Shown: piece by piece, positions 53,811 through 64,000 of the stretch
Position numbering within the stretch: position 1 is the stretch's first letter
Layout of the letters: every line of letters starts with the position of its first letter
Origin: Phoronis australis
Taxonomy: Eukaryota > Animalia > Phoronida
Reading direction: 5' to 3'
Length of the DNA: 64,000 nucleotides
Assembly: GCA_002633005.1 (NCBI GenBank)
Contig: NMRA01000777.1
Span: forward strand, 33,879 to 97,878
Made by a program: the position numbers and the translations under genes
Notes under the pieces: generated by a model
Database searches by the model: none
Told to the model about the DNA's origin: nothing
The model's input: only the letters and a program-made list of their open reading frames with translations

Positions 53811-53962
53811 GCGTGCGTTCAGTAGACGCTAGGACCTACGCTAGGACCTAGCTAAAACCTAGTCAAAGTCACGTGTTCTCATTTAAAATGCACGGCAATA
53901 TCTCACGTAATCTCGCGAAATCTTGCTTTTTAGCGAGGTCCTAGCGTTACTGAACGGGAGGC
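53811..53962. mobile_element. ~150-bp MITE
   Basis: Inverted repeats CGTTCAGTAGACGCTAGGACCT / AGGTCCTAGCGTTACTGAACG. Absent at the homologous site in paralogue A (~33220). Confidence 0.65.
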
Positions 53963-56900
53963 TGTTGTGTCTTTTTAAGATTATGTCACACAAGGGTAGT
54001 TCTGTTAGGCAATAAATTGCCTGTGGATACTGTACCTGAGACACACAGGCGATAACACTGTCACAGAGGTGCTCTGCCGATTTGCTTTTTGATTGGTAAA
54101 TTAAAGTGTACTAATTATTATCTATGGAAACAGTTACCAGTGAATAATAGATTGGACATAAACACGTCGCCAAACTGCAACGATCTCCCTTTCAGTTTTT
54201 TGTCCTATATATGACAATTTTAAGTCGCCCGGTCAAGAGTTGTTGCCTTGGCCGTACGTATGAAAGCACCGGGAGAACACGTGACCAAGTAAATTACACT
54301 GATAATAGGATTGAATTAATTTACTTACAAGAGTAAAGGATCAAAGAACAACAAAAAACAGCTTTGTTAACAACTGCGACTGAATGTGTTGGGTTTTCTG
54401 GATGTCAATTTACTTCCACTGAAGAGTTATCCCTAGAACGTGGTGACAACTATACGTTGGCAAATTACTTGCGAAAACCACCAGGTACCCCCAGAGTTTT
54501 TTAGCTTATTTCAGAACATGAACTTCGAATATTTTTTATGTATCTTTTGTCAGATGCGATGTTGTGCTGGTGCGCCTCCGGTTAATTCTGCCCATCAAGT
54601 GGCTCCACCTACCTTTATGATACAACGCAAATGAAGCTCCCGGCTCTTTGCCACTTTAAATATTTTTCCTGTAACCAAAAAAAAAACAAGAACTTTTCGT
54701 TAAAATGTCAAATTTAACATGGGTTCTTGCCATGCTTGTTCACTGGTTCCAAGGTGCGAGAGTGGTGACGTATAGTCCTTCCAATACGATCATTAATGCA
54801 AACCACAACGAAAATATAAACGAATTCACTTTTTCACTCCAAAAATTACTACATGTACAAAATAAATATAGATTATTACATGGCTAAGTAGTTATCCCCC
54901 GTTATCTAGAGCCCGAGTGGATTTTGGAGAATTATCGCCCGAGGCCCGGGGTCGGAGGTCGTGACCTTTTAAGAAAATCCCAACTATTTTTGTCAAATAC
55001 TGCTTTTACTCAAAACCATATGAAAATTCAAACAAAATAGAAATAAAGTGAATTTATAAATTAAGGTTTACAACTATTATAGCTTAAAACAAATTTTATC
55101 ACGCTAACCTTCGAACGGGAAACTTTTGTCTGCTAAAGTAAGATACCACTGGTAACTGAGTATAATTCTCAAGTCAAACGATCCCGATGACACGATACCA
55201 GCATTCAAATTGGAGATATGTGATTTACAAGTGAGAGAACATGAGAGAAAAGTTTCACTGAATTAAGATATCGTTTTTATGGAAATTTTGGCGTATAACT
55301 CGCCAATGGACTCTCGGACACGAAGCAAACTGTCGTCCAAAATCACTAGGTGGGGTCATGAGGACATAATCAAACGTTCAAGACAGTTACAGCATACAGG
55401 CCCGAAGGTAGAAATCCCTGTTGCGACAACTAGTGGCTGTCCTCATGAATAACTTTGAGATCCAAAAACTTCATCGACGTAGATCTGTAAGAGCGTTGAC
55501 GAAGTTGTGATTAGACGGACTGGGAACTAACTTCGCAAGGTCACACATTCAACAACTCCTGTTTGAATCGAGGACTCAGATACCCAAATTCATCATGAGT
55601 GCAGTAGACTAAACCTATAGGACAATCAATCGCGAAATTCGACTTACCGGAAGACATCAAACACTTTCTCAAATCCTGGCTCGGCATGGCCACCATACGT
55701 TGGAGGTAATTTGCTTTTCAACAACCTTGGAATGAAAGACACTGCAAGTGCCGTTGCCAGTACAAGTAGCGCAGTGGATTTGACGGACATTGCAGCAGTG
55801 CAGTCGGGTCAACCCGAGAGCTGAGGCCACTCGGTATACTTTGTACCGAACTGTGTCAATACTGGCAAAGATTTTATAGCTATATATAGATATAGTATCT
55901 TTGATACTGGTAACATGAGTATGGCCTCAATTACCGTTCAGACCTACGTTTCTTAAGCTATGAAAATATATATATCAAAGTTTCATGAACCAGCAATACA
56001 AGTAAACAACTTGAAACGTTGATTCAAAAATCCTAAAAATTCTGTAGTCTCACATTTGGGTTAGCCTGTCAAACCCGCGCCATGTGGTTACGTCATTCGA
56101 GCATGCGATGGGCTTCTATTTTGTATCTCATAAAGATTCGGTTATCCAAAAACGAAGAGCGTGCAACTGAAATCATTGAGCAGCTATTGAAAAAATATAT
56201 AGTGTCTCTGACACATCACAGATAATGAGATAAATGAGACAATTTGAACAGCTGAAATTCGTTTACAAATCAGGTCATAGCTTAGCATGCATAGTACATA
56301 AACATCAAATGGCCTCATTTTCGAGTAGTTCACCAGACAGTAACGTATATGGGGGCGCACTGCAGTTCTGCGATTACAGGGTTTTGGCTGCTGACCCACA
56401 CCGAAGTAGGGGTGATTCTTTTTCTCGCGTCCCTATCAAGAGTTTGAAAAGACAAAGAGTTTTGTAGCATGTCCAACTCACAATCACTACTCATGCTAAC
56501 TGAAATTTAATTTCGCTACAGGTATTTAATCGGGTCATATTCACATCGGAAAAATGACGACACACAAATATATTACCAAAAACTCTAAGTTTGAAAATTT
56601 TCTCCCCAAAACGACCACTTCCCTGCAAGTGCTAGAAAAAATCTAACTACAGATTCAGAATGCTTGTATTCCTTAGATTTTAATGTTGAGGTCATAGTAT
56701 GCCCCTTACCAGCTACTTTTTTGGCAAGTTTGATCTGTTTGACAGCCACCTGACATCGCACCCGGTTTTCAGACAGCAGGCGACAGTGCTTGAAAGGAAA
56801 CCAATTTTGCGTCAAAATTGGCCATGGCTAAAAAACTTGGCTTTTCTCGTTCAAAAGCCCAACGCATTCCACAAAACAGCCGCCAAACCTGACACACGCC

Positions 56901-57514
56901 CTTTCCATAAATGCTGCGTGGCAGTAGCTTAACTGTTCATTGCTACCTATGGAGGCTGGATGCGAGATGACCACTTGCACTGAATTTCTTTTGAAATAGC
57001 CAATAGCATTAAAAATTAACGTGGCGTCATTAGTCATATTTTGATTGACGAGAGAAACTGGGTCACAATGGAGTGGGGGCAAACGCTAAATTGTCGGCCT
57101 CCGGGGTGTTTGCATTAAATGTGGTGCAGTCTGGAGGCACTTTGCGATGATTAAGGAGACCAAAAGCAAACTTAAAACGGAGGGGGTGTGATATACCCAC
57201 TGTGCCCCCCACGTCTACGCCAGTGCTTGTGGTATTCGAATGTTCCTAAGCATACGTTGCAAAAGTCAGCGTTTCTTGGAAGACGGGTTTTCGGGAAATA
57301 CATAAACGACGAGACGTTAGTATTTTACGACATTTATTTTCTTGGTGTGTGAACGGAAAAATATATCTGGTGGAGCAAAAATAGTGGTGTATAAACATAA
57401 ATATAGGCATCTAAACATACCTAACTACAACTCACTACCAAATAGGTCTTACAACTACATGTACCTCTTGTCTCTGCAACATGTCTAGAAACGCTGCTAA
57501 AGGTAAGCATAAAA

Positions 57515-57757
57515 CATGCGTGCACCCAGCCTTCAATATGGGTGGGCTCGAATTCCCGACGTTGTGGACCTTTTGCTAACAAAAGAGCGGGCGGACTAAA
57601 AATCGGGAACACCTCTGTGAATTGCGGGTATGCGCTTATTTAGTGGGCTTTTGTCCCATTTTCTCGGACTTTTTGTCTCTCTTGGGGGCGGACCTCTTTA
57701 TCCACTTCGCCAAGTGGGGGAGGGGCCCCCTCGAGCCCCCCCCCGGGTGCGCGCATG
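57515..57757. mobile_element. MITE of the (C/T)ATGCGCGCACCCAG family, 5-bp TSD TAAAA
   Basis: TIRs CATGCGTGCACCCAG / CCGGGTGCGCGCATG. TAAAA at 57510-57514 and 57758-57762. Confidence 0.8.
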
Positions 57758-58390
57758 TAAAACGTTTTCCGGTGCACAGCATAATGGTGGTGCAATCACA
57801 AGTATTGTATTGTATTCTGTAATACAATCCACGCTGTTTACACTGTATTGCAGGTGAAATACAATCCACACTGTTTGCGTTATCAGATGATAAATAAAAC
57901 CGATGCCATTGGATTTTGTGAACAAGATATACCTGTACTATTTCAGTCATTTCAAGTACCAGCCTACATCGATTCTCCACTGATCTCCAGGAAATGTGCC
58001 TACTTTAGTTTACCTTTTCATTTAGAACCAAACTGTTTAGCCTTAGGTGAACGAGAGTCTTAATTGGCCAACAGCTTAACTTGATTGTTAGGGTTGATCG
58101 TTATCATTATCTTCAACTCTCTGTGTTTGATCAACTAACGCCCATAACGTTAGCGCGGTTAAACTTGAAAAGATTTCCACTTATTTTCAATATTTAGATA
58201 CTGCGCTCAATAAAACATGCTTGCTTTGTTTTAAATCGTCGTTGTTTCATTGTCGTGTAGTGTGCGTTTCATTTCCTAGTAAAACATTGTTCGTGTATCC
58301 AATCTTGCTCGGCCCAGTCAATTATTCATCTGACGCCGTGGGGTGGTGAATAATTTACCGCAGTTTTATGAGCATTTCAAGTGTAAGAAG

Positions 58391-61300
58391 ATGCCAACCT
58401 TGAACCAGTTCATGCTGGGAAAGAGTTGGAGTGATAGAGATAATAATTGGGAGCGGAAAATACGCCGGTAAGGAGCTACGTTCTGTGATTCGTCATGCAT
58501 TGTTTCTGAACTTTTCATGTCGGCAATAAGTATTCTCGCATATAACGATTTTAAGATAAATCAACATTAGACAAAAGGGTTCAGTGAAGAGAAGTTTGTC
58601 ACCATTGGGATGATTTTTAGGAAACAAGCGTCAAATGTCACGTACGTTATGACTGAGCTTGACTTTTTAAAAAAATGTGAATTAAAATGTTAGCGATGGC
58701 GTTGGGTAAAAAACCTGTCTTTCCTCTTCTTGTCCTGTCCCTTTAAAGCAATAATTGTAATGCATTGACATTTTCTTACACAACTTAATCGCACAGCTAA
58801 GTCCATTACTTTAAACTCGTACTAGCCTTAGTTGTGTCTTAGTACTACTCCTACAACGATTCGCTGCCTAACATTTTCTTTCAGAGACCAAAGAAAACGT
58901 GCTTCACAAGTTCGAAGCAAAACGTGGACGGATTCGTGGCCGCCGTCCCATTTCGACAGCACGCCGTACAGGTGTTCGCGGTCGTCAATGCAAAACGTAG
59001 ACCCGTTATCGTCAGCCACACCTCGGTCCGCTAGCGCCTTTCTACCGCCCATTGCTAGACGAGCGTCCCCTAACATTCGCAGTGAGGACGAAATATCTGA
59101 GACACCAATGAGCGCGAATTCAGGAAACGGCAGTGAGTCAATTTCAGATGAAACTAGTTTAAGCGAAATGACGGCTGAATGGCCAAGTTCCCAATATAGC
59201 GAAGAGCCAAGGGACCAGCACTCTTCTAACAATGGTGAGGTTAGGGCAAAGCTGAACGAGGATATAAAAAGCCGTAGAAAGAGCTCTTCTACAAGGCACC
59301 AACTTCATGAGAATCAGGTCATTGAAAATAGCCTTCAACAACTGCGAAGTCTTACGTTGCCACCAATACGCGGAAAAAAGTCTAAACACAGGTAAATCAC
59401 GGGTAGATGACCATACCATCGTATTCGGATATTTAGTTATGCGTGTATCGCGCTATCATGACGCAATTCGGCTACGCGAATATGAGAAGAAATGCAGTCA
59501 CACCACATTGTCAAAAATTTTGCAGGCCTTTTCCTAATTAGGCAACCACGGGGGCATTTCAGCATTTAAAATTTTTACAAAATTATACATGTGTTTTTAT
59601 CAAACGGTGAGCGCCTACTAAAGTTGCACCCATTGTTTGCTCCGGCACTGTCCAAAAGTGTTTCAATACTGCTAATCTTAAAAGATTGACCAGATCCATA
59701 GCCAGGTCATAATTTCCAAAATGATTAGACATTCAAAGCTCTACGTAAAATCTGGCCCAACCAATGTTATTGTTTTTTTTTCGATTTGATTTATCTAATT
59801 TCGGTCCAAAACGTCAAAATGACTTCATACTAAACAAGTCTGTATGGTTTGCACACAAAAGTGTGACTAGTAGATAACAAGAATGTCGTCTGACAATCTT
59901 GTATACAGAACGTACCGAGAGTGGCATAGACGATAATAAGCCACGCGTATCGACCTTGACCTTGGGTCTCGTACCGTCCGCGGAATATTGTCGAGTGGGA
60001 TATTACTTCATCGAGGTACTTTTTGTAGTTATCCCACATGCTTTGACTTTTTAAGTTTCTTTCATTTTTTCGGCAGATTTTTTAAATACTTCACCCAGAT
60101 TGTTCACGAGGCGGATCACATCCTATATGTGTTCTTGCGCGTTAGGTTGCAAGTTTACTCTATTAAAAGAAACAGTCTTAAATGCAACCGTTAATTACTT
60201 GAAAAGAGATAACAAAGATGAAAATAACGGTAATTGTGCATTGAACTTGCAACATTTCCTGAGAATAGTTTAATAACAACAATATTTGATATTGTAGTTA
60301 CCGAGGAATCGGCGCCTGAGACCATACAATACTTAGCAAACAAGATTGAGACAGAAGTGTCATATAATTAACAGTTTTGTACCAGATGTTATGTTTGGGA
60401 CCTGAGCGTTATTTATACTGCTGCAATTATATTACTTTAAACTATTCTGGGAAAGTTTGATGATCGAACCGGCTAACGAATCGACATTGACTTACCTTTT
60501 GAACTTTCCATGTCAGATGGCACTGTTAAAGTAGTCCCGGGAGTGCACTCAACTTATTCAACGCGTATGGGATAAAAACTATATGAACGCAATCGTTTAA
60601 AAATGTTGTTTCATTTCAATCAATATCATGTCCAAATTTGATATTGTACAACGAGAATGATCATGGAATTTAAAGCTGCTTTTCATCGTGTTTAGCTGGC
60701 AGGAAAACGAAAATCGAATTAATAGGTCTTGTACTCTCATAAAATCGGTCTCATGATATTCCCTACCGTGATAAGATTCCATTTCCGTTTACTAAAGTCA
60801 CAGGCAATGCCTGCGTGCGCCATTTTCGAATACACAGTTTTAGGGCTGGCCAACCCCAACAAACTACGAAGCGTTTTCTTGGATCGCTGATGGTTTCAAT
60901 GTCGATGTTTTTGTTGACAACGGTAATATAGTCCTATCATAATAACAAGCATTATGGGATCGATGTCATGAGAGGAAAAAGCTTAAGTCGATTTCCAGGG
61001 CGAAATGCAGCATCTACTATATTAATTGTTAATATTATTCCTATCACGTTTGATTTATTTCACATATAATATCGTGTACTACAAATTTTGTCATAACAAT
61101 TTATCTTTTATTTGACTTCCGGTCTCTTTTTGATTGATGTTTAATCGTTCGGGACATATGTCGAACACAAATACTGTAATATTCGATAACAGATACATCA
61201 CCAGAAAACGGGTAAGAATGAAAGCATTCTTTATCGTTGTAGAGTATCCAATGAATATACCTACGAAGGTATAAAGATCTACAGATCGGATAAAAACGCC

Positions 61301-61669
61301 CCAGTGCAGAAATTTTCTGAACGGCCGAGCGAGCACCCCAATACAGTATGCTTTCACCACAGTGGCACGTGGCTAACGCATGCGCGCGTGTGGGAGCTCG
61401 TAAGGAGTCGGATTGGACTAATAAGGGGCGCGCGAATCATCGGCATCCAGTTTGTTCCAAGGAATGTGATTTTGGGGACATCTGGCGTAGAGAATCGGTG
61501 GGTTGTTAAAGTGGATTGCCGGGAAGCCATGACGGATCTAGTGAGGTTGGGGCTGGTTGTGAACGGGCAACAGATAGGTGTAAGGGTATATGACAATGTT
61601 CTTAAGGAGGACTACAACAAATACCTAAAGTACAATCGACTCAAAGCCTCAAGAGCATCGACAACGTAA
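58391..61669 (+). CDS. Probable 3-exon gene (~336 aa): S-rich disordered N-terminal region plus a C-terminal C19orf81/DUF4732-like domain
   Basis: Exons: 58391-58467 (MPTLNQFMLGKSWSDRDNNWERKIR, donor CG|GTAAGG); 58885-59391 (acceptor ttttctttcag, donor AG|GTAAAT); 61243-61669 (acceptor ttctttatcgttgtag). All joins are phase 2 and in frame. The last exon THARVWELV..RIIGIQFVPRNVILGTSGVENRWVVKV..LVRLGL..VRVYDNVLKEDYNKYL resembles human C19orf81 as I recall it ([57 protein letters not shown]). The exon 2-3 join is less certain: exon 2 could end at TAA 59395, or extra exons may intervene. Confidence 0.65.
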
Positions 61670-62708
61670 AGGTGTCAACAACACTGACTACAGCTACAAC
61701 GGGCAATTCAATATTCCGAACTGCACTGGACAGTGATAAGGAAGGAGAGGAAGAAGTGGTCATCTTTTTGACTACTGGAGTAGAGGGAGAACAGAACGTA
61801 GTTCACCAGCACGGGACATTCATGAGATAATGGTCCCACGTGACTTGAATGCGGGGCTGCGTACCATAAGCGTGGACACTGGAGACGCACTGCATTTATT
61901 GCGAGAAATTTTCGATTATGGAACGGAAACACAGAATTCTAAGCCCATAAATCAATATTCTAGCCTTGGAGACCATCCATTTCAGTACCCGCTCGCTTTC
62001 CAGTAGTTTGGGCTAGTAGGGTTCCGCACATCTTCGCGAAAAACCCCACCTAAGTTTGGCCAAGTCACCAAAGCGATAGTCAGCACGTTATTGTCAAACG
62101 CACGCGCTATGATACTTTTGTGATATGTAAGCTCTGTTTACTGTAGCCTAAATAGATCTTTGTGATGCGAGACTGTCGTTGTAGTGGCATAGAAAACTGA
62201 TTCTTAGTTCGAAGTGTGCAAACTCTTGAATACATTCAACAGGAGATGAGATGGAGACGATTGCCAAGATATCATTACCTATATGACGTACATACCCTCG
62301 GAGGTTGATAGCCTAAGTATTTCAATATATTCAAAAATATTGCAACCCACCAGATACGTTGCAAAACTTTACATAATATATGTAGTATTGTACAGGATAA
62401 CGTCACAGAAAAATGGGTAAACTTCGAATCTAATGAGCATGATCCGTATAGATCGTGGATTTGAAATAGCAGGAATATCCCCGTTAAAAACGAATCGTAG
62501 GATTCATCGAAATGGACGCCTAAAACTGAGCTACGTTCCGTAGACCCAAGATAATAGTTAGAACTTACGGCGAAAGTTATTCCCCTATGTGCTACGGAAA
62601 AATTAAATTCTAGACCACATTTTATCAATTCAGTTTCACTCAAAATGGTGCGGCGCCGATAAGAATCAATTGCCGCGGAGTGTGATTTATTGTCTATGTG
62701 GCACGGTA

Positions 62709-63535
62709 CACATAGTGTACCTAATTATCGGACGGAACCTAAATATCGGACATTTCATAAAATCTTACCTGAAGTATAATCTGAGAATTAAATGACACCA
62801 ATTTTTGTTCCGTTGTAATGCATTCAATGTCTGGCACCGTCTCGTTTTTACAGCGTTGCCTCGTTTTGATTTTACCGAGAGAGGGTGCAATTTAGACCCC
62901 CAAGTACACTGTAGGCCTAAAATGGACGATCGCATAAATCGGTTATATAAGTTGAAAATAAAATCTTTTTCCACAATGAAACCATCTCGTTGAACTGACA
63001 ATATGTCACTGTTCCATTTTTACATTTGTTTTTAAACTCAAGTCAAACCCCGACCGCGCACGTGCGGGTGTCATATCAAGAAGCCAAAGAGATACTAAAA
63101 ACTGCAGTGAGTTTGCACGTGCTTTAGTCTTCTGCACTAATTCATCGAAACGACTTGGCGCCGCCATCAGACTTCATGTTGTGGATAAATTTTGTTGCGA
63201 ATGGAGCTGTGTTTTAGCAGCATATGTCAAAACACTCAAGCTGAAATTTGGCTACAAGGTGCCCGCGGCCATTACTTGGTTAGTCAGTTTTCCGCAGTGT
63301 GGCGTATAGGGAAACACACGGTGTCCGATATTTAGGTTTTCCGAAGGTTTGCTAGTTGTGTTTTTAACGATCAGTCGGAACATAAATGTGGCTTTCGGTG
63401 ACAAGATATAGTAACACAACAATTCCGTGAAGGTAAGCCTTTATTTCAGCAAAGAATTTACAACAGTCTGTAGTATTTTCAATTAAATATAATGCAAAAT
63501 GTGCCAAAACGTCCGATAATTAGGTCACTTGACTG
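62709..63535 (-). mobile_element. Tc1/mariner/pogo-type MITE (~827 bp), TA TSD, copy 2
   Basis: Reverse complement of 31799-32619 along its whole length. Flanked by TA at 62707-62708 and 63536-63537. Confidence 0.88.
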
Positions 63536-63831
63536 TAGTTCATTAAAATGACATCGGCTGTTGAGGAGTGACAATTACGAAATTTATTATCCGTAATAAA
63601 AGCAATGCTTCATGTTTGTAGTTACATTTATAATTTCTGGTGGATTGAGTCGAGTTTTGGCAACTTTTGTCCTTTAAGCCAGAAATCGTAGCCGCATCCT
63701 CCACAGTTGTTTGGTCTGAAAACAGAAATAAAAATGACAGCACTTTAACGGAGTGACACCGGTTATCGTTTTCGTTCATTGCGTCTCTCCCACCTTTGTA
63801 AATTTCTAGATCTGTTTTGCAACTCACTATA

Positions 63832-64000
63832 TAGTCGGTGGGCCAGATTTTGTAGGGCCTCTAGAAAATGGTTTTTGTGAGTACTTTAGGGGGGCAATTT
63901 TATTTTGGTGTTTTTTAGTTCATTTATTAGAGTGTTTTCAAAATCTAAAAAGTTCCCACATATAAAGTTGCACATTTTTGAGAAATTTAAGTTTGAAGTT
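63832..64000. mobile_element. Second copy of the Academ-like terminus, running off the window edge
   Basis: Near-identical to 34444-34612, beginning at exactly the same TAG. Confidence 0.75.

Larger units (their letters stand above)
46437..55790 (-). pseudogene. Beta-lactamase domain-containing protein 2-like, paralogue B (9 exons; one in-frame TAA in exon 2)
   Basis: Exons: 55790-55648, 54668-54613, 52799-52664, 52126-52027, 50707-50602, 50412-50105, 49433-49359, 47154-46990, 46622-46437. Sizes and phases match copy A except exon 8, which is 6 nt shorter. Codon 52 is TAA (54658-54656) where copy A has GAA. The catalytic motifs are otherwise intact. It could be a recent pseudogene, a null allele or a base-call error. 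Confidence 0.75.

Noticed and set aside
54656-54658. Stop-codon recoding (selenocysteine or readthrough) in paralogue B
   Set aside because: The codon is TAA, not TGA. It replaces Glu and lacks a known readthrough context.
24309-55790. Beta-lactamase genes as bacterial contamination or recent horizontal transfer
   Set aside because: Each copy has eight spliceosomal introns filled with host repeats, and the family is widespread in invertebrates.
56309-58063. Possible extra 5' coding exons of the C19orf81-like gene (MASFSSSSPD..., VKYNPHCL...)
   Set aside because: I could not join them in frame with consensus splice sites. At most they are 5' UTR exons or upstream ORFs.

Overview
This is eukaryotic DNA, not prokaryotic: AT-rich, with GT-AG introns and many MITEs. 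It looks like a marine invertebrate, probably a lophotrochozoan, but the species cannot be determined from the sequence. Genes, left to right: (1) an NGF/BDNF-family neurotrophin precursor (+, 10400-11110) with a probable in-frame upstream coding mini-exon at 5287-5328; (2) a ~409-aa, mostly disordered protein with an N-terminal coiled coil (-, 16216-17445); (3) two tandem 9-exon paralogues of a membrane-anchored serine beta-lactamase-fold hydrolase (both -). Copy A (24309-37565) is intact, while copy B (46437-55790) is intact except for one in-frame TAA in exon 2; (4) a probable 3-exon gene (+, 58391-61669) ending in a C19orf81/DUF4732-like domain. Because the two lactamase paralogues supply filled and empty sites, several transposon insertions and their target-site duplications (TSDs) can be read directly: 5-bp, 8-bp, 9-bp and TA, including a nested pair. 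Also present are an Academ-like fragment with a Cys8 finger, a tRNA-derived SINE, a candidate minimal hammerhead ribozyme inside a short inverted-repeat element, and a 1.1-kb N-bounded duplication that is probably an assembly artefact. All exon models and family calls were made by eye without database searches. I found no evidence for a new multi-gene system.
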